Virus record (IMG/VR): IMGVR_UViG_3300008107_000010 | Length of the DNA: 64,000 bases | Strand: one strand, 5' to 3' | Source: a virus | Lineage: Duplodnaviria > Heunggongvirae > Uroviricota > Caudoviricetes | Part shown: positions 57,134-64,000 of the stretch, piece by piece | Layout: the number at the start of each line of letters is the position of its first letter | Position numbering within the stretch: the first letter of the stretch is position 1 | The notes under the pieces: model-generated | Database searches by the model: none | What the model was told of the DNA's origin: nothing | What the model saw: the letters and a program-made list of their open reading frames with translations, nothing else | Program-made: the position numbers and the translations under genes

Positions 57134-57525
57134 TAAATGCTATAGATACCACCACCTTCTTCTGAATCTCCATTTGAAGTTCTATCTAAGGAAATTGTAC
57201 CTTTGTATTTTACCGGATGAATTTTATTCCAACCTTTGGCGTATCCACGTTTTGCAATTTCCGTAAAGTATGCAAATGCGTTAGTATACTGAGGATTGAA
57301 ATTTTTCCAATATTTTAATAAGTCTAAAATTGCAAATTGTAAACAATCCATTCGATCGTCATCATTAACAAATCTCAATTTATTAATTGCCTTTTCTGCT
57401 AATAGAATTAGCATTTTTTCGGCATCTTTAGTTAATTTATCCTGCTCTTTCGATTCGACAATCGCAGCATAGAAATCTCTATTATTGAGATAATTTTTAT
57501 TTGCTCTTGGTTTTCTTTCAGCCAC
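57133..57525 (-). CDS. late-transcription sigma factor (T4 gp55-like)
   Basis: [25 protein letters not shown] resembles T4 gp55 [33 protein letters not shown] resembles KNPHAYITQ. GTG start. Lies next to the gp47 and gp46 homologues as in T4. Confidence 0.65.
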   Translation of the reverse strand: [130 protein letters not shown]

Positions 57526-57580
57526 GTTATTTAATTATTTTTAGGTATTATACACCGGGTAGTAAAATTGTTTCTAAAAC

Positions 57581-57612
57581 TAAGAAAGGGGCGCAATAGC
57601 GTCCCTTTCCCC
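57581..57612 (-). terminator. terminator hairpin (8-bp stem with one G-U pair, aata loop)
   Basis: aggggcgc-aata-gcgtccct. Confidence 0.35.
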
Positions 57613-57631
57613 AAATAAATCTATATAAATC

Positions 57632-58396
57632 TTATGCTTTTAATTCAGCAATCTTAGATTCCCATACTTTAATTTCTTCACTGATTAATTTATCAGCTTC
57701 TTTAATTTCTGAAATCTTTTTATCAGCTTCTGCTAATAATTCTCTTTGTTCTTTTAAGAATACGATCATTGATTCGCATTCTAAAATTTCTTTTGCTTTA
57801 GTAGCTAATTCAACTGATTCTCCTTCTAATAAATCTACTAAGAAATTACTAGCATCGTGTCCAGTTTGTTCTTTAACGTATTCAACAGCAGAAACGGCAT
57901 TTTCAGCCTTAAAGAATTTTGCAATTCTTGTATTTTCATTAATTCTAGCAACAAAAATGCCAGATTCAGTTTTCATTAAATCTACTTTATTACCATTACC
58001 TTCATAACAAGATACGAAATCTAACATAATGAAAGATTCTAAAATAACTGGTAATTTTTCAAAAAGTTCTGCAGTTATTTTGTGTTCATATCTAACAGCT
58101 CCTGCTGCAATTAAGTGTTTTGCAACTGATTCACCTAGGATTTCACTGCTTCCCCAAGTAAATTTGTTTTCAGTAATATTATATGAAAATCTTGATGCAC
58201 CATAGTACCATTTAACATTTTCATTTGTGAAACTGAAAGTTTGGATTGCTCTAATTTTTTCTACAAAATCAGCTGATAGTTTATTAACCTCTAGCTCATT
58301 AATTTCTGAACCGATCATTTCAAACACTCTTCCATTTAAATAGAACTGGATTGAGTTTTCTGTTTGATTGATTGGAGATAGAATGCCTTTATTCAT
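57632..58396 (-). CDS. hypothetical protein
   Basis: 254 aa with a C-terminal coiled coil. Late-type motif at 58421-58430. Confidence 0.35.
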   Translation of the reverse strand: MNKGILSPINQTENSIQFYLNGRVFEMIGSEINELEVNKLSADFVEKIRAIQTFSFTNENVKWYYGASRFSYNITENKFTWGSSEILGESVAKHLIAAGAVRYEHKITAELFEKLPVILESFIMLDFVSCYEGNGNKVDLMKTESGIFVARINENTRIAKFFKAENAVSAVEYVKEQTGHDASNFLVDLLEGESVELATKAKEILECESMIVFLKEQRELLAEADKKISEIKEADKLISEEIKVWESKIAELKA

Positions 58397-58433
58397 TTTA
58401 GCTCTTGTTTTTTTCTTTTATTATATATCTATT

Positions 58434-59324
58434 TTAAAGATCGTTCTGATCGATAATATTTATATCATCACCGAGGTAACCTCTTTTAAATTCTTCGACC
58501 TTCTGTTCGGTGATAGTTGATCTAATTTCAAACATTCTATTACCAACATGCATTTCAGTATTTCCAGATGATCTAATTCTTCTACCTGTTACTAAATCTG
58601 GATCATTACCTGTGTCTAATCCTAAAACATCTGATAAATCATATCCATCGCCAAGATCAAAGGACGGTATAAACGAATTCACTTCTATTGATAATTCTAT
58701 TTTATATTTACCCTTATCTTCGTAAGTATAACCGATTGGTCTTTCTGGACTATAATCGTCCGGCATTGCATAATATGATGCTATTTTATAGGTTCCTTCG
58801 TTTAAATGACCAACCTCAACATAGAAATAGTTAGACTTATATAACTTTTTAATTAGCTGTTCAGTGATTTTAAATGCATCAAGCTGAGAAGAAACTATAA
58901 TCTCTAAATCAAATGCCATCGTAACTGGAACCATTTCAAATTCAGCAGTATATCCTTGCATTGATCCATTTTCATCTAATCTTGAATAACTTCCTCTATT
59001 TCTACGATTAACTAGTTTAGCAGAGTCAATTTGTACTGATTTTAAATTAGCAACTCCTCTTGGAACTGATTCATAATTCCCATCTGCAAAAGCTTTATTA
59101 GGAACACAGTCAGGACCAACCGCAGTTTGAAAAAGAAAATGATCTCTTAAGAATTGGTCATCTCCGCTGATTGAATAGTAAAATGGAACATCAATTACGG
59201 CACGAGTATTTGCATCTAATTGACGATAAAAATAAATTTTATTGTTCAAATCAGATAGAAGACCAATGATTACATGTCGGATAACCGAATCGTCTGAATT
59301 GTATTTAACGTTGTATGATGCCAT
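58434..59324 (-). CDS. hypothetical protein
   Basis: 296 aa. Confidence 0.35.
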   Translation of the reverse strand: MASYNVKYNSDDSVIRHVIIGLLSDLNNKIYFYRQLDANTRAVIDVPFYYSISGDDQFLRDHFLFQTAVGPDCVPNKAFADGNYESVPRGVANLKSVQIDSAKLVNRRNRGSYSRLDENGSMQGYTAEFEMVPVTMAFDLEIIVSSQLDAFKITEQLIKKLYKSNYFYVEVGHLNEGTYKIASYYAMPDDYSPERPIGYTYEDKGKYKIELSIEVNSFIPSFDLGDGYDLSDVLGLDTGNDPDLVTGRRIRSSGNTEMHVGNRMFEIRSTITEQKVEEFKRGYLGDDINIIDQNDL

Positions 59325-59336
59325 ATTTCATATATA

Positions 59337-61010
59337 TTATTCGATAGATTCAATATCAAACTTAGAGAATCCATTTTCTTTATATATGTGAATTTTCTTA
59401 TCAAAGATTTCGTGAGGTAAGACAGTATGATTAATCACAAATGTATTAATCTTGCTCTCTTTAATTACCTGACTCAAAATCTTTAAAATGTTATAAATAC
59501 CATCTTGATCTACCGAACTTAATAACTCATCTAAGAATAAAAGATTTAATTGAGGAAATCTTAGCTTTAGAATCTTAATAATTGCAATAATAACAATAAA
59601 ATCTGCCTTCTTTCTCTCTCCGGTTGAAAGAGTCATTGGATTAATATTTTCACCTAAATGGTTAATAATACAGTCGAATTTTTCATCAAAACGGATATGA
59701 AATGGTAGGTGCATTGTTGAAGCCATTGCTGCAATATTTGCATTTAGACCTGGTAGAATTGTTTTTACTGCCAAGTTTTTAACACCATCTTCACCAAGAA
59801 CTGATTCAACAGCTTCTAAGAAAATATAGTCAGAATTTAGGGTTGCTTTTTGATTTCCTTTTTCTAATTCTTTAGTTTGAAAATCTTCGATAATTTGCTT
59901 CAAATGATCGAACTCTTTATTTTCACTTAGGCTATTTTTAATCTTTAATAATTCATTTTTAAAATTATCAATTGATGAACTCATATTACCTATTCTTTCT
60001 AAAACTTGGCGCTCTTTAGTTCTTAATGCTGTAATTTCATCACTAATACCTTGTACTTCTAATTCACATGTTTCGATTTGATCTGGCATAGAATTACATT
60101 TATGCTCTATTTCATTCTTTCTCTCAATATGAAATTCTGAAGACAGAGGAGCTTCACAAGTTGGACAAGAATTTGATTCATATAGTTTTAACTTTCTTTT
60201 TAATTCGGCGTATTCATACTTTAATTTAGAATATGCTGATTGAGAAGTTTCAAGTTCTTTTGATTTTGTACCAAGTGAAGATTTAATTTTATCTCTAGCC
60301 GCTTCTAGCTTTTTCTTGTCATCATTCATTGTAACAAGAGATGCTTTTAATTCTTCGATTCGATCTTTATTTTTCTGATCAGAATCAGTTAATAATTTTT
60401 CTAGCTTCTCTTGTACTGATTCAATGTTCTCATTAATTTGTTTTAGCTCTCGATCAAAAACATCAAGATCAGTTTTAATAGTTTTTCTTTCTTCTTTAAT
60501 CGCTCGTTGCATATCGTTTAGGATAGAAAAACCAAACATCTTATCTATGATCTGTTTCTTATCACCAGGTGACATCGTTAAAAATGATTTAAAATCATTC
60601 ACAGATAAAATAATAATGTTCTTAAACACATGGTATGGAATACCATACACTTCCTCTTCTAAATAATCTTGTACTGATCTTTTACCAGCCTTATCATACT
60701 CAACTCCATTTAGAGAAACATTAAATACTGTTGGAGCCAAACCTCGCTCAATAACTACTTCAATGTTTTTACATTGAACTACGATTTTAACAAGTAGATT
60801 CTTGTTAATTCTATTTGGCAAATCAGCAAGTTTAACACCCTCTAATTTTCCATATAGTGCATATATAATTGCATTGGCAATGGTAGTTTTGCCATCACCA
60901 TTCTTTCCAGTTGTCAGAAATAATTCAGCTTTATCTTCAGTTAGATCGAGTTTTTGTGACTTATTTCCATAACTTGCAAAATTCTTAAACTCTATTGATT
61001 TTATTCTCAT
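59337..61010 (-). CDS. Rad50/SbcC-like recombination ATPase (T4 gp46-like)
   Basis: Walker A TGKNGDGKTT, coiled-coil with zinc hook CPTC, and C-terminal signature/Walker B LLFLDELLSSVD. Confidence 0.8.
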   Translation of the reverse strand: MRIKSIEFKNFASYGNKSQKLDLTEDKAELFLTTGKNGDGKTTIANAIIYALYGKLEGVKLADLPNRINKNLLVKIVVQCKNIEVVIERGLAPTVFNVSLNGVEYDKAGKRSVQDYLEEEVYGIPYHVFKNIIILSVNDFKSFLTMSPGDKKQIIDKMFGFSILNDMQRAIKEERKTIKTDLDVFDRELKQINENIESVQEKLEKLLTDSDQKNKDRIEELKASLVTMNDDKKKLEAARDKIKSSLGTKSKELETSQSAYSKLKYEYAELKRKLKLYESNSCPTCEAPLSSEFHIERKNEIEHKCNSMPDQIETCELEVQGISDEITALRTKERQVLERIGNMSSSIDNFKNELLKIKNSLSENKEFDHLKQIIEDFQTKELEKGNQKATLNSDYIFLEAVESVLGEDGVKNLAVKTILPGLNANIAAMASTMHLPFHIRFDEKFDCIINHLGENINPMTLSTGERKKADFIVIIAIIKILKLRFPQLNLLFLDELLSSVDQDGIYNILKILSQVIKESKINTFVINHTVLPHEIFDKKIHIYKENGFSKFDIESIE

Positions 61011-62122
61011 TGGTTAGCATCATAGTTGTACGCACATTGGTCGTGTAATTGTTTTAGACGATTTTTGATTTCTTGTTTCATTTGATCGTCATAACCCAAT
61101 CCATCGACATAAACGTTACATAGGTGTAGAATATTATAATTTTTATATAGATCCTCAATTTCATCAAGGTCATAAAAATCTTTGTCTAAAAAGTTTTCTT
61201 CATCATAAATATTCGGCTCTATTTTACGACTAATTTTCTGAATTTTATTAATTAGCTTTGATAAAGCATTTGATGAAGCGATAGAAGCAGGAACATATAA
61301 GTCAACAAAGTTGTTTTCAATTTCTGCTTTAAATTCTCCTAATTGAGTATTATATAAGTTTGCTAAATTGTACTTAACAAATTTTGGAGAAACTGTATTT
61401 TCAAAGAATGTTTCTTCCATTGTAGCTAAATCTACTAAATCAAATCCTTTAGGATTATTTGAATCTGATCTGGTTAGCTGGTATGGAGTTCCTACCATTC
61501 TTAATTTACCCTTCTTTTGTCGATAGTGAATATGTCCTGAATAAACTGCGGTAAAATCTTGGTAAGTTTCAATTGAATTGCCATGTTGATTATTTACCTT
61601 TGCATTTAATTTAATACCAGTTACTTCAGAGTGACAGAATACAATATCGGTCTTGGGATATTTAGCTAGTGTTTCTGCTTCATGTTCAGCATCTCTTCTC
61701 CATGGCATTAGCAAAATTGTTTTATCAGCCCATTTAAATGTTTTAGGCTTTTTATAGATTCCAACATTAGGAATCCATTTTAATGTATCAATTGAAGTAA
61801 CTTCATTTGACTTTTTAGCCCAGATATCGTGGTTTCCGCAGATAACATGGGTTGGCATAATTTTGCCAAGACGCTCAAATAAATCTACAGCATAGTGTAA
61901 TACCTTTAAGTTAATGCTTTGTCTATTATCAAACACGTCTCCTACTTGAACGAGTACGTCACCTTCTTGATAATTATTTTCAAGTGTAGGTATAAAGACA
62001 TTATCATAGTATTCTCTCTGTATTTCTAACCACTCAGCTGAATTTGCACGGACTCCCAGGTGCATATCACCTAGGATCCATATTCTTTTAACCGGAAGTT
62101 TTAGCGTCTTTTCGTCAATCAT
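61007..62122 (-). CDS. Mre11/SbcD-like nuclease (T4 gp47-like)
   Basis: Phosphoesterase motifs GDMHLG, GDVFD, GNHD, H and GHIH in canonical order. Overlaps gp46 by 4 nt. Confidence 0.8.
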   Translation of the reverse strand: MIDEKTLKLPVKRIWILGDMHLGVRANSAEWLEIQREYYDNVFIPTLENNYQEGDVLVQVGDVFDNRQSINLKVLHYAVDLFERLGKIMPTHVICGNHDIWAKKSNEVTSIDTLKWIPNVGIYKKPKTFKWADKTILLMPWRRDAEHEAETLAKYPKTDIVFCHSEVTGIKLNAKVNNQHGNSIETYQDFTAVYSGHIHYRQKKGKLRMVGTPYQLTRSDSNNPKGFDLVDLATMEETFFENTVSPKFVKYNLANLYNTQLGEFKAEIENNFVDLYVPASIASSNALSKLINKIQKISRKIEPNIYDEENFLDKDFYDLDEIEDLYKNYNILHLCNVYVDGLGYDDQMKQEIKNRLKQLHDQCAYNYDANQ

Positions 62123-62562
62123 TAGAACAATCGATTTATTTTTTTACGTTTCAAGACATTTGTGCGATTATCTAGTTCTTGAATTAAATCTTCTTTAAAT
62201 TTATTACCAAGGGAAGAATAGAATTTTGTAGGATGAACATTGAAATAATCGCATGTTTCGCTAAATAATTCAATAAGTGAATATTTCTTAGCAAGTTCAT
62301 CAACAATAAATTCATAGATTTCATTAATATCTAACTTCTTTAATTTCTTAGTGTCATGCATATCGTCTAAATCATTGAAATGCTTGAACCTTGAATTTAT
62401 AATAGTAGAATGAATGTCTCTACGAATCATTTCTAACTCAATCTTCTCGTCTTCTGATCTATCATCAGAAAATTGTTTGGACACTTCGAATGATATTGAA
62501 CTATTGAGTTCAAATTCAGTGCTCTCAAACGTATTATTAAATATTTTATCTTCTTTCTGCAT
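62122..62562 (-). CDS. hypothetical protein
   Basis: 146 aa. Confidence 0.35.
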   Translation of the reverse strand: MQKEDKIFNNTFESTEFELNSSISFEVSKQFSDDRSEDEKIELEMIRRDIHSTIINSRFKHFNDLDDMHDTKKLKKLDINEIYEFIVDELAKKYSLIELFSETCDYFNVHPTKFYSSLGNKFKEDLIQELDNRTNVLKRKKINRLF

Positions 62563-63869
62563 TATAGAGAATGTAAATTTGAGTTTGTAATTTCATCAGT
62601 TTCAGTTAAACGCATATAATTATAATTGATGTTCAATTTACATTTCATGCCTTTTCCTTCACCATCACGTATTTTTAAAACTTTTAGCCAATATTCATAG
62701 CTTGCTCTCATTATATCATCTTGAATGATACCAAGCATAACATCGGCAGTATGAGATAGACCAGCAGATTCTGCAACATCTCCCATACCAATATCACTAG
62801 AATTATATCCACTTCTCGTGATCTGTGTTGCTGTTACAATTAACCAACCATTGCGAACTCCCATTGCTCGTAAATCTTCAGCAATTTGCTTAATTTTTAA
62901 GTACGTATTTTCAGAGTTTGGATTTCTGTAATTTGCTAAAATGTTAATATAGTCGATTACAATTGCACCTAATTTAATTTTACGTTCTTCTTCAATCTGC
63001 TTTAAGTATGCTTCAATATCTGGTACGGTTGCTTGAGATGTTGGAAATTGTTTGACAAACAGTTGACCAGGAGGAGTTAATCCATCACCAACAGTTTCAA
63101 GTTTTCTACGAATAAAATCAACGTTCTTTGATTTTTCTTCATATTCATTCATTGGAATTGTTAACAAATTAGAACCAACTCTTCGCATAAATTTATAAGC
63201 CGACATTTCCGCAGTAATGATTGCAGTATTAACTCCCATTTTTACATAGTGTGCTGCATCATTTGCTAAGAAAATAGACTTACCAATGTTTTGTTCTCCA
63301 ACATAAACTGTTAAAGTACCAGATTTATCATAACCGCCGCCAAGAATTCGGTCTAAGAAAACGTATGGCGTTGGAAATTTAGATGCTTCATTATGAATAT
63401 GGTGGTCTGGGTTAAAGAAATCTAGACCAATATCTGAGTTAAACACTAATGAGTTTCTATCATTAATTAATGTTTTAACTTTAGAAATAATTTGATCTGC
63501 ATTTTCAGGAGTAACATTAGTTGATTTGATATACTCGATCGTGTCAACTAATGTTGTGTCAAAGTTTCTCCATTTGATCCATGCTTCGGCAGTAGATGTT
63601 AACCATTCCTCATCATATTGTTTTAAATCAGCATCGTAAATTAATTCAACCATATCTGGTTCAATTTTCTTAGATACTTTTTGTGTTAATAATTTCATTT
63701 GTTCACAACTCGGAACTTCATGAAATTTATTATGGAATTTCGTAGCTAAATAATGTAGTGTATCGATTTCTTCTGAAGTATAAAAACCTTTTTTAATAGA
63801 TTCTAAATACTTTGGCTTAGATAACGATAATTTAAAGAATATTTTTTCAAAATCTTGTCCGAAATTCAT
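62562..63869 (-). CDS. DnaB-family replicative helicase (gp41-like)
   Basis: RecA-like C-terminal domain with H1 GEQNIGKS, H2 VIDYINIL and H4 ATQITRSG motifs. N-terminal 170 aa are unassigned. Confidence 0.6.
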   Translation of the reverse strand: MNFGQDFEKIFFKLSLSKPKYLESIKKGFYTSEEIDTLHYLATKFHNKFHEVPSCEQMKLLTQKVSKKIEPDMVELIYDADLKQYDEEWLTSTAEAWIKWRNFDTTLVDTIEYIKSTNVTPENADQIISKVKTLINDRNSLVFNSDIGLDFFNPDHHIHNEASKFPTPYVFLDRILGGGYDKSGTLTVYVGEQNIGKSIFLANDAAHYVKMGVNTAIITAEMSAYKFMRRVGSNLLTIPMNEYEEKSKNVDFIRRKLETVGDGLTPPGQLFVKQFPTSQATVPDIEAYLKQIEEERKIKLGAIVIDYINILANYRNPNSENTYLKIKQIAEDLRAMGVRNGWLIVTATQITRSGYNSSDIGMGDVAESAGLSHTADVMLGIIQDDIMRASYEYWLKVLKIRDGEGKGMKCKLNINYNYMRLTETDEITNSNLHSL

Positions 63870-64000
63870 ATGAATGGGTTTATAAGTATTGTATAGGATT
63901 CTTTGCCTTCTGTTTCACAAGTACATTCAACAATACCTAGTTCAATGGCTTTATCTAAGCCTCGTAGTGCTTGTTCTTCTCTACCTTTTGCTTGATAGTT
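63866..64000 (-). CDS. C-terminal fragment of an upstream gene (5' part outside the window)
   Basis: Open frame from the window edge ending in TGA, which overlaps the helicase ATG as ATGA. Confidence 0.3.
   Translation of the reverse strand, partial: NYQAKGREEQALRGLDKAIELGIVECTCETEGKESYTILINPFI

Noticed and set aside
918-62000. Numerous 60-140 aa plus-strand ORFs embedded in minus-strand genes
   Set aside because: Examples are 3999-4214, 16370-16627, 34931-35253, 52533-52898 and 54621-54956. All are fully contained in longer, better-supported minus-strand CDS and have skewed compositions. They are treated as spurious.
1-64000. CRISPR arrays, insertion sequences or transposases
   Set aside because: No direct-repeat or spacer periodicity, and no transposase or integrase-like ORFs, were seen.

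Overview
AT-rich (~30% GC) window from a large tailed phage, a distant T4-like myovirus. Essentially every gene is on the minus strand and they are densely packed. Recognisable T4-type modules, in order of decreasing coordinate:
- Recombination and replication: DnaB-family helicase, gp47/Mre11 and gp46/Rad50 nucleases, a gp55-like late sigma factor, an RFC/gp44-like clamp loader and a T4 RNase H-like flap nuclease.
- Head: portal, a prohead protease fused to scaffold-like repeats, and a gp23-like major capsid protein.
- Packaging and tail: large terminase, gp18-like sheath, gp19-like tube, tape measure protein and a tRNA-Ser(UGA).
- Accessory region (about 5.2-31.4 kb): hydrolases, DNA repair enzymes (DenV, Fpg/Nei), nucleotide metabolism (ThyA-family enzyme with insertions, guanylate kinase), an ECF-like sigma factor and an unusually complete RNA-repair island.
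- Left end (<5.2 kb): GH19 endolysin, holin, and a set of secreted or membrane proteins including one with a Bacteroidota T9SS C-terminal sorting domain, which points to a Flavobacteriia/Bacteroidota host.

The RNA-repair island holds a T4 Rnl1-like ligase, a second Rnl5-like ligase, a P-loop polynucleotide kinase, a calcineurin-like phosphoesterase, a minimal CCA-adding enzyme and a Ro60-like TROVE/vWA protein. Immediately downstream of the Ro60-like gene lies a GC-rich, ORF-free ~330 nt region with its own promoter-like motif and intrinsic terminator. I interpret it as a candidate Y-RNA-like structured ncRNA.

Two families of conserved intergenic motifs are visible:
- An early-type module (GATATGTAAATATAAACAA plus AAAAAAGTTATTAAC palindromes) in at least 8 copies upstream of non-structural genes.
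- A late-type AGATATATAAAG-like motif upstream of structural and lysis genes, consistent with the encoded gp55-like sigma factor.

All functional calls are by eye from motifs and remembered family signatures. No database search was run.
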